A stretch of 63,620 nucleotides of DNA, the filler included, from Atractiella rhizophila (Eukaryota): the NCBI GenBank assembly GCA_021432655.1. It is 5 parts of 5 records of this genome, joined end to end, with 100 filler letters (N's around TTAATTAATTAA, not from the genome) between each part and the next. Parts side by side here need not be neighbours in the genome. Positions count along the whole stretch, not along the records: positions 1 to 15,280 come from MU271938.1; positions 15,381 to 30,601 come from MU271939.1; 3 more parts are not named here. One strand, given 5' to 3'. Positions within the stretch are counted from its first letter, which is position 1. Every line of letters starts with the position of its first letter. Below the pieces are notes generated by a model. That model saw only the letters and a program-made list of their open reading frames with translations. It was not told where the DNA came from and ran no database searches. Below are positions 9,618 through 22,486 of the stretch, one piece after another. Made by a program: the position numbers and the translations under genes.

Positions 9618-12477
9618 GGGTGTCAGGTTTGCAACTTACACAAACTGGCGCCCGTTCGCTGGATTGCGTCTCTTATCGCCCATTTGCGTTCTCTGCAAAT
9701 CGGTGTCGTTCACATTCTATGCGAATCGACGCCCCGTTGCCACTCTGCGCCCCGTTGCCTGTTCGCCCATTTGTACTCACATCAATACTTAGCCCAATTG
9801 TGTCTATTCTCCTCTTATTAACCTGCGTAATCCCTCTGTCACTTTCCCCTTTTAGTTCTCTTACATGTTTCACCTGCTCTTCTCTACACTCTGTGGCAGT
9901 GTTATTCCGCTTGTATATAGATTGAAGAGTAGTGGAGGCGACCTTTGAGTATTCTCTTAGGTTTATCTACACTACAGATGCATCATCCATCGGTGACCAT
10001 ACATAGTGTCAGCCCTAACGTACGGATAGCAAGAAGATCATGGGCGATGAGTCTTAAAATCGGATAAGTGCCTTTGTGGCAAAGGGCTTTATAAGAATCT
10101 GAGGGAAGTCAATTGAGGACACACCTTCCACCATTGAACGGGATCGTGGGTTGTGAGATATTTGATACATCTAACAATCACTGCTCTGACAAGCATGAAC
10201 CGATGTGAATCGTGGTGATTGCAGCGGAAGATGATATGAAGACATGGGAGTGGGCCTATTTAAAAACTCACTTTTTCTTGGATTCCACTTTTTTTTGGAT
10301 CACATTTTTAAGTTCCGATCAGATCTGAGCGGCTGAAAATACAGTTAGAAAAAGATTAACTCGAGTTCACAAGCTCGAAACCAAAAAAGTGAAAAGTGAT
10401 GGTGGAATGAAGGACCTCAGGTTTGGGGGTCAGATTGATCACTTTTCAAGTTGTCATTCGGGAAAACCACAGTGCTCCGATCCTGTTATATGGTGGTCGG
10501 TGGTACAGACCACCGTCGCTTGCATAACCATTTTTGCACTTTTTGAAGGATCCTCTCCAATGCACCCTGTTTATGCAGTTATGTCATAGGCCTTGCTGAT
10601 TCTGTCAACTATATGTCTGGAGGAGGCTGACGACCTTGAAGACAATTTTGACACTGCTTACACATCAATAGCCATTTCCTCCAATTTCCGCATTTTACAA
10701 TGGCAAGCGATTGATTTTGGGGCTCAATATGGTCCCAGAGGGCCGTATGATGTCCCAAAATCAATTGACATTTATCCCATACACCTGAATCATGCCAGAG
10801 AAAGGTATCTTCAAAGTTTTTATTGGTAGGCTTCTCTCAATTTTTTCTTCTCTTCAATTTATGGAAAGGGGCATAGAATGGGGAAGCCCACTTTCCATTT
10901 TATCTGTCACCTACTAGCCCTCACCACACCTTTCCAGCCAAAGGGGACTGGCCAACCACAAGCTGCTGTTGATGTTCAGTTTGCAACATACCTTTGGTTC
11001 TTTGGTAGCTCATCACATAACTGTCATTTTGATGCTGCTAGAGACACATCTATTGCTGTAGAGTCTGTCCACAATCATATACTTCGGGTCATCTCTGGTT
11101 TGCAAGAAATGGAACTTCGATTTCTTAAATGGCCATCAGCTGCTCACCACGAAGTTATTATGAAGGGATTTGGTCTTTCCGGTTACATTGGAGCTGTTGA
11201 TGGGTCTCTCATTCCACTCTCATTTGTTCCTAAGGAGCGAGCCTTCTGGTATTGGTGCGAGAAGAAACATTACGGAGTATGTACTACTTCTTCGTTGTAT
11301 CGTAGTACTCATTTCATCCAGATTGTTCTTCAAGCAGTTTGTGACCATGACATGTGATATATCAGTTATGAGACTGGGTGGGGGCATCACAGAACGATGT
11401 GTTTGTATGGAACAACTTGGATGTTTGGCTAACCAGCAAAAGTGCTTCAGACTGAGTGAATTCCTTCTAGGAGATAAAGGTATGCCCATTGTTTACTTTA
11501 TTATATTACTATGGCTTCATTCCGTCTTGACTCAGGATATCCTTTATCTCCTTATTGTATCCGGCCATTTTCAGCACCCGAGTTTTCGCCACTGCCAGCC
11601 CAAAAAGCATCCCAGGTGGACATAAGGCTCATTCCTCAGCTCGTGTTATTATTGAAAATGCATTTGGTGTATTGAAAGGTTAGCTTTTCTTCTTCCTTGC
11701 AACTTTGATACTCTAATGTTAGCAACAAGGTCGTTTTCCTGCTCTTTATGGAATGACCAGGGATTACATGCATGACATATATGCCAGTGTTGTTTCAATG
11801 ATGATTGTGTACAACATCTGTTTGGATATGGGGGACAAGGTAGAAGATCTAGCAGAATATTACTTGCTATCATCCAAAGCACAGGGGGAGCTAGATGTGA
11901 GGTGAAGGGAACTGGCTGAATCAAGGGCTGCTGAATGTTGTGATGAGGATGGAGCTGACAACCAAGAGGATGCATGGAATGGGATTGCTGATGATGTGAG
12001 TATACGAATGCTCCAAAATGGGAAGAGGAGACGAGATACAGTGCTGAAGGACCTCTTTACTCGGGGTTAACATGATAATCTATTATTTTAGCTCCATTGC
12101 AGAAGAGAATACTTTCAGTTGTCACCCATTTCCAAGTCAAGATCCGATCTATATATACAAGCGGAATAACACTGCCACAGAGTGTAGAGGAGAGCAGATA
12201 TATAAGAGAACTAAAAAGGGGAAGTGACAGTGGGATTACACAGAGTTAACAAATGGGCTAAGTGGTGATGCAGGTGCAAATGGGCTAACGGGCGACTGGG
12301 CGCTGATTTGCACTGCATGCTAATAGGCAATGGGAGACACAGAGTGGCAACGGTTCGCAGATTTGTATAGAACGCAAACGGGCGAACAGGCGCTGATTCG
12401 TGGGGAACGCAAATGGGCGATAGGAGACGCAATCCGGCGAACGGGCGCCGATTTGCATAAGATGCAAACCTGACACC
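9618..12477. mobile_element. PIF/Harbinger-like DNA transposon with long imperfect TIRs (9618-9922 / 12147-12477)
   Basis: GGTGTCAGGTTTGCA... versus ...TGCAAACCTGACACC; the inverted homology continues about 300 bp. TTA precedes the left end; the right TSD is not clean. Confidence 0.85.
10560..12070 (+). pseudogene. HARBI1/DDE_Tnp_4-type transposase pseudogene
   Basis: GYIGAVDGSLIP, KKHYG, LQAVCDH, LLGDKG and HSSARVIIENAFGVLK motifs, with introns and in-frame stops. Confidence 0.85.
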
Positions 12478-13431
12478 ACCCATAATTTCTCCTCTGAGTT
12501 CATGCAAGAGAAGCTACATAAGCGACATGACATTCCCAAAACCAAGCGGCAATATGTGAGAAAACAAATGGCACATCTAGCAATAAACCCCTCTGGGAAG
12601 CCGAGTGGATGAGCTCTTGGGGAGGTACTGTGGCTGCGTTGGCTAAGAGGTAGGGAAGCTTCGCTGTGACTCAATGTAAGTGTGTTTGACGCAGCCAAAA
12701 AACAGAGGCCGGAAAATGAGAGTTTTTGGATGCTTGTACGTTGGCTGAGTGCAGTTTTCACTTGTTTGGCATGGTACAGAGCCTCGTGGCTGACCATGAG
12801 GCAACTTTAAAAAGTGAAAGTGCCATCCAGAAAAGTGACGGAGTTTTTGAACAGTCCTACTAGGTGGGAGTGTGGTGAGAATTAGCAAATTAAGGTGAAC
12901 AAGGGAGTTGTACGTAGGGCCTGGGCCTGAGATGGCATCGTAGAAGCTAAGAATGTGTTTGCAAGACTTCTTGAGCTCATAGAATGTCTGGAATGCTTGG
13001 GATGGAAAGCGGACCACTCACTGACCATCCAGCCCTGCCTGCTTCCAGCCTATTCCAGCCATTTTACCTGTCAGAACCGTCTTCAGAAGGATGTTGGCAG
13101 CAGACAGATGGGATTCTGCCATCCATTTTCCCCGTCCATCTCAGGAGTTGAAAGTCTGCAACGGTGATGGGACAGTTGGCTACAAAAGCTGTCTGCCCTG
13201 GACCCATCAGCCGTCTTGACAGTGACGGTGCAAAGCCTTATATAGCTTGCAGCAGTGGCAACTAGAAAGCAGTAGAACATTCCAGAAAACTAAGGAACTT
13301 TGCCGCGAGTGGCACGAAACTAGACTGCAAAATCTGACAGTTTCATTGGCCAATGCGCTTACTTCTTCGTGGACGCCGTTCAAACGTGTTTTTACCGTCG
13401 CAATCTCACTCTCAGACGTACACTGTGAGCT

Positions 13432-13532
13432 GGATCCCAGCGAAGTGTGAGATGGTGGAAAAACTGCTCATGGAATGCAATGGAAAAACGTTCTTGGATC
13501 CCAGTGAAGTGTGAGATGGTGGAAAAACACTG
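13432..13532. repeat. ~35-bp imperfect direct repeat, two copies
   Basis: GGATCCCAGYGAAGTGTGAGATGGTGGAAAAAC at about 13432 and 13496. Confidence 0.7.
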
Positions 13533-14133
13533 GTCACATGCTAGTCACGTGACTGTGGCTCAGGATGTGCGACGTGGGCTGAGAGACAACGAGCATCCAG
13601 CTCTCACACACACATGATGAGGAAGTTCATGAAAAGATAACGGTGGTGCAATTGTTCCTCTCAACAGATACCCCTTGCAACACTGGCCAAGGATACTGCA
13701 GTTCTTGCATGCCCTCCTTTGGAGCACTTTACAGACATACGGTTTGTCTATCTTATTCTGTCGCTGCTATGAGCAGAGATTGATTTAAGATTGCGAGGAC
13801 GCAGGCTTCCTCGTAACCATCGTCTACTGGGTCATACTCTCTGACAACTCTTGGTTTCAGTCATAGAGAAAGAGTGCAAAGTACCCTCGATGTCTCGATG
13901 TGACTACATTTTCAATCCACCATTTCGAGTGAATTCGGTACCCTACAAAGGGACGAATCGTTTCTCAGTTCGTGACTTCAAGGTGGCCGGTACATACCCT
14001 CGATTGTATACATGATGGTGGTGATGGATCATTCTCCGTTCCACAGCTGGTCGTGGACGTTTAGTGAGTACTGGGAACAACCGTCAACGGACTGTCGATA
14101 GTCGCGAATGAAATGAAATAGGAAGACTGACCA

Positions 14134-15174
14134 CTACTCTTTGATCTCGTTGAGCACACGGATGACCTTTTCTCCCATCTCTCTCACCATCTTCCTCTCT
14201 TCCTCTATCCTCTCCTCCTCTATCCTCCTCCTCTCCCCGTCCTCCTTTCCCTCAGCTCCGTCCATCTCCTCATCGACGTCTTCATCCTCCTGTCTCCCAT
14301 CTCCCTCTTCCTTCCTTTGATGCTCCTCCATGACTACGACAGAGTGACTCGCATGCGTGCTGGAGAGAGAGGGAGCGCCGATGCGAGCTACGATGCGTGC
14401 AAATCGATCAGGATGATAAGTCCTCCTGGCCTCTCTCAAGACACGCTTCCTCTCCTCCTTCTCCAGTCCATGAAACAGAAAGTGGGACATGTTGACTCGT
14501 GTGAGCGAGGAGAGGGTGGGGGGAAGAGAGAAGGTGATAGGCCACGGCACGTCTTCCGGAAGTAAGGGCTTTGGTGAAGTCGAAGTCGAAGGCACCAGTA
14601 GAGAAGCCCAAGATGCGGCATAGGAAGCTCTCTCCTTCTTCAAATCGTCAAACATCTCCTCCATCTCCTCCCTCCTCCTCTCCTCCTCTCTCTTCCTCTT
14701 CCTCTCCTCCCTCGCCCCCCTCTCCTTCCTCTCCCTCTCCTCCCTCTCCTCCTCCAAAACCCTCCTCCTCCTCGCCTCCTCCTCCCTAACCCTCCACCGC
14801 TCCTCCATCCTCCTCCTCCTCTCCCTCTCCCCCTTCCCTCCCCTCCCTCCCAACTCAACCTCCAAAAGCCCCTCGACAAACCGCCTCCTCTCACTCTCCT
14901 CGTAAAACATCTCCTCCAACATACCCTCCTCCGCCTCTCCTTCCACCATCTCCTCTTCTCTCTCCCGTTGGTTCACCTCGAATGATGCAGGGAGGGACAA
15001 ATCGTGCCCTCGTGCAGCGGAGAACGCGTGCGGGCCGCGGGGGACGAAGGTGTAGGAGTGGGTGTTGGAGTGGTTTGCACGTGCACGGCGATGTGAGGAT
15101 GAGGACGAGGATGAGGCGGCGGGAGCTTTCTTCATTCGAAGACGCCCGGGACGAGGGAGGGAGTCAGCGTCCAT
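14134..15174 (-). CDS. Charged coiled-coil protein with NFKBIL1-like C-terminal domain
   Basis: 346-aa ORF; E/R-rich region followed by W...VPWP...FL...LREARRTYHPDRF. Confidence 0.65.
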   Translation of the reverse strand: MDADSLPRPGRLRMKKAPAASSSSSSSHRRARANHSNTHSYTFVPRGPHAFSAARGHDLSLPASFEVNQREREEEMVEGEAEEGMLEEMFYEESERRRFVEGLLEVELGGRGGKGERERRRRMEERWRVREEEARRRRVLEEEREERERKERGAREERKRKREEERRREEMEEMFDDLKKERASYAASWASLLVPSTSTSPKPLLPEDVPWPITFSLPPTLSSLTRVNMSHFLFHGLEKEERKRVLREARRTYHPDRFARIVARIGAPSLSSTHASHSVVVMEEHQRKEEGDGRQEDEDVDEEMDGAEGKEDGERRRIEEERIEEERKMVREMGEKVIRVLNEIKE

Positions 15175-15280
15175 TATTGTTGTTTCCGGTTCCGTTCTAG
15201 TGGCCCGTTGCTGGTAAGTAACTGGTGGCTGAAGCGTAGATGAAGCACGTGAAGCGGTGGCGAGTGCGGCTAGATCGGGA

Positions 15281-15380
15281 NNNNNNNNNNNNNNNNNNNN
15301 NNNNNNNNNNNNNNNNNNNNNNNNTTAATTAATTAANNNNNNNNNNNNNNNNNNNNNNNNNNNNNNNNNNNNNNNNNNNN
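15281..15380. other. Artificial scaffold linker
   Basis: N run + TTAATTAATTAA (stops in all six frames) + N run, 100 nt. Confidence 0.97.
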
Positions 15381-16040
15381 AAATGCGTCAAGGGCAACTG
15401 TCCCAAAACGCAGGCATACGCTACTCCTACGGATTATACAGCGGATAGGAACAGCAATCGTGGTACCCACATGACAGTCACCTTCTGTCCGTGAAAGGAG
15501 CAACTTTGCGTCTACATATGTTATACAATTATCAATATCACTCTCTTTTCATTTAGTAACAGGTCAGAATTGTCAGCAGATCTGAGTACTAAGTGTAACA
15601 AACTTTGATTGAGAATTGCGTAAAATTGCTTGAGAAAAGAAAGTGTTACAAATTTGCGTCGTGAGAGTGTCAGCCTTTGTGCACCATCGATATGTCAGTG
15701 AAGCATTTGCATTATGGCATGATATCTACTTAGAATACAAGAATTCCAAGGTCAAAACAATTGCCCAAATTGGCATAGGTAGCTCTCTGATTGAAATTCG
15801 AACACGAAGATCAGGATTATTCCGTTGATTATACAAAGTCAAGGTAAAGCTGAAATAAGAGTGAGGGCATGAATGAGTAGGGAAACATGGGACGGAAATG
15901 GAAGTGGGATGGTACATGGGATGTAGGGTGTGGGATGGAAACGTTTTGGGTACAGACAAGACGAGGACTGAAAGAGAAACGGTCTAGCCAAATTAATTGA
16001 AGATATCAAATCCTAACCAAGCAAACGTTGCCGTTCCAAA

Positions 16041-16914
16041 CTAATACCAAGAAAATCTCTTCCACGAGGTGAGTAGACTATCGGTGACGTCGAAGGACCT
16101 CCAGTTCCTCCCGTTCCTGTTCCTCGCTATCCCTTCGCCTTCCACCACCACCACCCCACCAACGCCCACCGATTGGAAGACCCTTTTCGCTCCAAGGACT
16201 TCCGCCGTGACTCGCATATCCATAGATAGAATAATCGCTCTCACTAACCTCGCTCGCCGTGTCCTCATCTTCTCGCTCCAAGAGCGAAAACGAGTCATCC
16301 TCCTCTTCTTCGTGGACGCTGCTTCCTCTCCGCCTCCTGAGGGTGGGAGTCAAGCTTCTCGGAAGCTCAGGGTTCGAATTATGGAATCCCGCCTTCTCCT
16401 TCCTCCCCAAATCTCGGGTCACGACAGTCGGTCTCTTCTGTGGAGGAGTGAGCTGTATGCCCAACCCGACCCCTTCGTACTCGTCCATTCCGGTCGGGAA
16501 GTGATTGAAATTATTCTTCCTCGAGGGAATGGTCCTATCGAATTCGTCCTCTTCTACAGTCCCACTAGAGTTAAGAGACCCAATCGAAGCCTTCTTCCCA
16601 AATTCCACCTCTTCCATTCCCCCAATCCCGCTATCAGAAGCCTTCAGCCGGATCCCTCCTCTGCTTTCCTCTCCGACGTCTTTTCCACGTCGTTTTCCTT
16701 CAGCCTGTGCCTCCCGTCTCTGATTGATAGTGATAGAAATGTCTCGCCACTTATCCGTTCTACCCAAGAACATGTCAGTGATTTGCAGGTCAGAAAGAAA
16801 AGAGAGTGAGGGGGAAAAACGTACGTAATCACCGTTCTGTCCTTCTCCCTCTCCTCCCTCGACCAACCAGGTCTAACGCCGATCCTTTCCCCTGTCCTCT
16901 TCCTCCTCGGCGGC
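16041..16914 (-). CDS. 3' fragment of a Ser/Glu-rich hypothetical protein, cut off by the LTR element
   Basis: Long minus ORF 16078..16866 with low-complexity composition; no domain recognised. Confidence 0.4.
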
Positions 16915-19565
16915 GTGGTTTGTCGGAATTTAGGGGCATAACATGGGTGCGGGCCACTAGGCTGAGGCGGCGGAAACTTGCTAAATCACGTTCACGCTAC
17001 GCTATCTCATGAAGGTAGATTAGTCAAAGTAGTGGTAGGACTAGGGGTCGAGTCGCAGGGGCGGAGGGTAGCTGATAGTATGCCGTCGCTCGCTATGGTA
17101 TCTAAGAAGTGTCCAAGAAGCAAGTAGAAGCACCAACAACAAGAGTTGCACTTTTAGCGCAAAGCGTAGCCGGCTGGCCCAACCGACTCAAAAGTTTAGG
17201 AAGGGTTGAGTTGGGTCGGGGGAGGACGTTTTGTGCTGGCTGAAGAGAGCGGACGTATGCGAGTATAAATCTAATAACGACGATACAAGCGATCCGACAT
17301 CCGACCAACCTACCGTTCTATAGACACGTCACAGTCGACGACTCCAGTATATGTTCGTCGTAGAGTCCAGGCAGATAGAGAAAAGGCGTACCGCCCCACC
17401 TTCCCACTGCTGATGCGTACGCATAGATAGTTTCTGTCCTCTGTCCTCTCGTATTACAGCGGGGGTGGCGAGAGAGGGAAAGTTAGAGGCAGGGTTGAAG
17501 GGGGTAGTGCGCTTAGGAGTGCAAGCTGGCGGTGAAGGAGAAGGTAGTTTCTTGCTGCGTCCGAGAGAGGAGAGGGATAGCTGGCAGAAGTCGGGTGTGA
17601 GTGCAGGTCCTAGGCAGAGGTCGAGACACCTTCCGCCGTTTTCTGCCGCTCTCCTTCAAGTTGTGGCAAAGAAGGTATAGGTGGTTGTCGAGACCTAGAC
17701 CCAGACCAGAACCTCTTCAACACCCTCAGCGCTCTCCCGCTTCCTGCCACAACCCCTACCCTTCTCCCCTCTCCTCGTACTCGCTGGGGACCCCGACCCT
17801 CTAGCTCGTGTCGGTTGAGTTTGGCTTGTGAGTTGGGGTTGGCAGATTGCAACAGTTGCTGTTGAACTTGCAGTCGCGGCTCCGCCGAAGTTTGCCGTAT
17901 CGGTTGCCGCTTTGTTCCCTACTGCTCTTTCTTCGTCCAAGGGTTGACCCAGACTACCCTTCCTACGCTCGATTTCAGCCTCCGTTTGGTGGCTCGAGGA
18001 TGTTCCACGGCATAGAGCATGAGAGGTAGCTGCGGCCCTTATCTTCATCCCTGGAGGTGTTGGAAACCGAAGTAACAGCCCGAGGTCTAGTTTATGGGGG
18101 TGGTACGAGTGCTTCTCTAGGAGTTATGTCTGGCAGGGAAGGGGAGACTGGTCAAGACGAAGGAGTAGTCAGCTGTAGTTTGCAAAGAGGAGAAGAGGGA
18201 GCGGAGGAAAGCGGGGGGAGTGCGAGAGAGGAGGAGGAAGTGAATACAGGTCTAGCTGGAGAGGTTGTAAGGTTGGAAGAGGGTAGTGGAGTAGGCGAGG
18301 TCCAGCTTAAGGGAGAGGTGACGGGAGGGGAGAGGTGGACAGAGGGGGTTCAGTGGTGAGAAGGGACAGTTGGGGGCGACGGAGAGGGCGGGAGAGTTTG
18401 GCTCATAGGTACGAGAGAAGATGGAGACCGGAAAGTCCAAGTAGAAGGGAGGAGCGTCTAGGTGGTCGTCTTCGTCAGTAGTGCTGTCGGGCGTGCTGCA
18501 AGCAGGCGTCCCGCTGTCGTGGCTGTAGACAAGGATGACAGTTAGATCCCTTACCCTGACCTTCACCTCAACCTCCGCCTTCTAGCTGAAGCCTCGTCCA
18601 CTTCCCTTTCTTCCTAAACCTCTTCCTCCCGCTCCTAACCGAGGGAGTTGCCAATGCCTTACAAGGGTAGGGAGGTGATTCGCGGTTGTGGAATTCAGGC
18701 TGGTGTAGGAGTGTGTTAATATGGAGCTAAAGGCGACGCTTAAGAGGGCAGTTAGTCAGGAAGGGACGGGTGTGGAGAGTAGGGTTGAGATTCCCTTTCC
18801 TCTTCCTCTTCCTCTTCCTCTTCCTCTTTCTTTTTCCCTTTCTTTTCCTAGTCTTTTTCGGTGGTTGGAGCAAACCCGAAAGTGCTGGCTTACCTTTGCC
18901 TTTACCTTACGGCTAGCAACCCTTCCCTGCCTGCTGCGCCTCACCTTCGCGACTACGACCCTGCTCTCCTTGCCCCCTCCTCTTCTTCCCTAAAACCTTT
19001 GCTTGCTCCCCTCCTAGATAACCTGTTGATCGAAAAGAACCTATGAGAAGGAGCTTTTGAAGTCGAAGATGTAGGAGTTTACGATCGCCCTTACGCTTAC
19101 GCTTACGCTTACACGATGGCAAGCCTTTATTCGGTTTCAGCAGTTAGAGGAGAAGCCACCTTCCCTTCCACTCCCCTGTCTCGTTGTTAAGAAGCAAATG
19201 AAGCGAGGTACGATCATATCTCTTTCTCCATCCTCCCTCTCCCTTCTACTTCGCTGAAAAACCTCCCCCTCCGTCCCTTCCTCCCTATAAGTTTGCAGCC
19301 AGAGGACGTCAGCCACGCTTACTCTTACCCTACCCATACCCCCTCTGCAGCTGCTTGCCTCTACTACTGCTCTACCTTTAGTACCTGAGAATAGGGCTAG
19401 AACGTCGGCTCAGACAAGTCAGCGTAAGCGTAAGCGTAAGGTAGAGGGAAAGGTAGAGGGTCAGTAGGCTGCCGGTAGGAGCGATGTCAATACTGTACCT
19501 CGGGCTAAGTGGAGTAGGAAGGGAGCTACCTCAACAACACCCTCCTCCTCCTTTTCAAGAGCGTG
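16915..19565. repeat. ~2.65-kb repeat copy 1 (LTR plus non-coding internal region)
   Basis: Near-identical to 19848-22486; differs mainly in homopolymer lengths plus scattered substitutions. Confidence 0.92.
16921..17299. mobile_element. LTR-like terminal repeat (379 bp), copy 1
   Basis: Ends TGTCGGA...TCCGACA (TG..CA with 7-bp inverted termini); repeated at 19854-20224. Confidence 0.65.
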
Positions 19566-19847
19566 TCCTTGGGTAGCAGAGACAGCTGCAGGAGGCGAGA
19601 GAGCTAAACCTATAACTCGTCCTTGTTCCCCTCCCGCTTTACCCTCGTCCCCACTTCGCGTGAAACAGGTGGGTTTCGGTTCCGGACCTCTTACCGGAGA
19701 GGCNNNNNNNNNNNNNNNNNNNNNNNNNCTCAACGTCTTCTGCTTAAGACCTTGGTACGAAGGAGGAGAGCGGTAACGAAGCCGAAGAGCTCTTGTAATT
19801 GACTTGTTTTCTGAGTGAAAGCTTGCGATGTAAGTGACTCAAGTTTG

Positions 19848-22486
19848 GTGGTTTGTCGGAATTTAGGGGCATAACATGGGTGCGGGCCACTAGGCTGAGG
19901 CGGCGGAAACTTGCTAAATCACGTTCACGCTACGCTATCTCATGAAGGTAGATTAGTCAAAGTAGTGGTAGGACTAGGGTCGAGTCGCAGGGGCGGAGGG
20001 TAGCTGATAGTATGCCGTCGCTCGCTATGGTATCTAAGAAGTGTCCAAGAAGCAAGTAGAAGCACCAACAACAAGAGTTGCACTTTAGCGCAAGCGTAGC
20101 CGGCTGGCCAACCGACTCAAAAGTTTAGGAAGGGTTGAGTTGGGTCGGAGGACGTTTTGTGCTGGCTGAAGAGAGCGGACGTATGCGGTATAAATCTAAT
20201 AACGACGATACAAGCGATCCGACATCCGACCAACCTACCGTTCTATAGACACGTCACAGTCGACGACTCCAGTATATGTTCGTCGTAGAGTCCAGGCAGA
20301 CAGAGAAAAGGCGAAACGCCCACCTTCCACTGCTGATGCGTACGCATAGATAGTTTCTGTCCTCTGTCCTCTCGTATTACAGCGGGGGTGGCGAGAGAGG
20401 GAAAGTTAGAGGCAGGGTTGAAGGGGGTAGTGCGCTTAGAAGTGCAAGCTGGCGGTGAAGGAGAAGGTAGTTTCTTGCTGCGTCCGAGAGGGAGAGGGAT
20501 AGCTGGCAGAAGTCGGGTGTGAGAGCAGGTCCTAGGCACAGGTCGAGACACTTCCGCGTTTCCTGCCGCTCTCCTTCAAGTTGTGGCAAAGAAGGTATAG
20601 GTGGTTGTCGAGACCTAGACCAAGACCAGAACCTCTTCAACACCCACACCGCTCTCCCGCTTCCTGCCACAACCCCTACCCTTCTCCCCTCTCCTCGTAC
20701 TCACTGGGGACCCCGACCCTCTAGCTCGTGTCGGTTGAGTTTGGCTCGTGAGTTGGGGTTGGCAGATTGCAACAGTTGCTGTTGAACTTGCAGTCGCGGC
20801 TCCGCCGAAGTTTGCCGTATCGGTTGCCGCTTTGTTCCCTACTGCTCTTTCTTCGTCCAAGGGTTGACCCAGACTACCCTTCCTACGCTCGATTTCAGCC
20901 TCCGTTTGGTGGCTCGAGGATGTTCCACGGCATAGAGCATGAGAGGTAGCTGCGGCCCTTATCTTCATCCTGATGGAGGTGTTGGAAACGAAGTAACAGC
21001 CCGAGGTCTAGTTTATGGGGGTGGTACGAGTGCTTCTCTAGGAGTTATGTCTGGCAGGGAAGGGGAGACTGGTCAAGACGAAGGAGTAGTCAGCTGTAGT
21101 TTGCAAAGAGGAGAAGAGGGAGCGGAGGAAAGCGGGGGGAGTGCGAGAGAGGAGGAGGAAGTGAATACAGGTCTAGCTGGAGAGGTTGTAAGGTTGGAAG
21201 AGGGTAGTGGAGTAGGCGAGGTCCAGCTTAAGGGAGAGGTGACGGGAGGGGAGAGGTGGACAGAGGGGGTTCAGTGGTGAGAAGGGACAGTTGGGGGCGA
21301 CGGAGAGGGCGGGAGAGTTTGGCTCAGAGGTACGAGAGAAGATGGAGACCGGAAAGTCCAAGTAGAAGGGAGGAGCGTCTAGGTGGTCGTCTTCGTCAGT
21401 AGTGTTGACGGGCGTGCTGCAAGCAGGCGTCCCGCTGTCGTGGCTGTAGACAAGGATGACAGTTAGATCCCTGACCCTGACCTTCACCTCAACCTCCGCC
21501 TTCTAGCTGAAGCCTCGTCCACTTCCCTTTCTTCCTAAACCTCTTCCTCCCGCTCCTAACCGAGGGAGTTGCCAATGCCTTACAAGGGTAGGGAGGTGAT
21601 TCGCGGTTGTGGAATTCAGGCTGGTGTAGGAGTGTGTTAATATGGAGCTAAAGGCGACGCTTAAGAGGGCAGTTAGTCAGGAAGGGACGGGTGTGGAGAG
21701 TAGGGTTGAGATTCCCTTTCCTCTTCCTCTTCCTCTTCCTCTTCCTCTTTCTTTTTCCCTTTCTTTTCCTAGTCTTTTTCGGTGGTTGGAGCAAACCCGA
21801 AAGTGCTGGCTTACCTTTGCCTTTACCTTACGGCTAGCAACCCTTCCCTGCCTGCTGCGCCTCACCTTCGCGACTACGACCCTGCTCTCCTTGCCCCCTC
21901 CTCTTCTTCCCTAAAACCTTTGCTTGCTCCCCTCCTAGATAACCTGTTGATCGAAAAGAACCTATGAGAAGGAGCTTTTGAAGTCGAAGATGTAGGAGTT
22001 TACGATCGCCCTTACGCTTACGCTTACGCTTACACGATGGCAAGCCTTTATTCGGTTTCAGCAGTTAGAGGAGAAGCCACCTTCCCTTCCACTCCCCTGT
22101 CTCGTTGTTAAGAAGCAAATGAAGCGAGGTACGATCATATCTCTTTCTCCATCCTCCCTCTCCCTTCTACTTCGCTGAAAAACCTCCCCCTCCGTCCCTT
22201 CCTCCCTATAAGTTTGCAGCCAGAGGACGTCAGCCACGCTTACTCTTACCCTACCCATACCCCCTCTGCAGCTGCTTGCCTCTACTACTGCTCTACCTTT
22301 AGTACCTGAGAATAGGGCTAGAACGTCGGCTCAGACAAGTCAGCGTAAGCGTAAGCGTAAGGTAGAGGGAAAGGTAGAGGGTCAGTAGGCTGCCGGTAGG
22401 AGCGATGTCAATACTGTACCTCGGGCTAAGTGGAGTAGGAAGGGAGCTACCTCAACAACACCCTCCTCCTCCTTTTCAAGAGCGTG
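19848..22486. repeat. ~2.65-kb repeat copy 2
   Basis: Direct copy of 16915-19565, placed after a 25-N gap. Confidence 0.92.

Noticed and set aside
1..15280. Linked SEC-9-like guardee gene as in the plp-1/sec-9 system
   Set aside because: No SNARE gene is visible on this scaffold; sequence upstream of position 1 is not available.
16915..22486. Genuine tandem duplication of the 2.65-kb element
   Set aside because: The copies flank a 25-N gap and differ largely in homopolymer lengths, so scaffold-end redundancy cannot be excluded.
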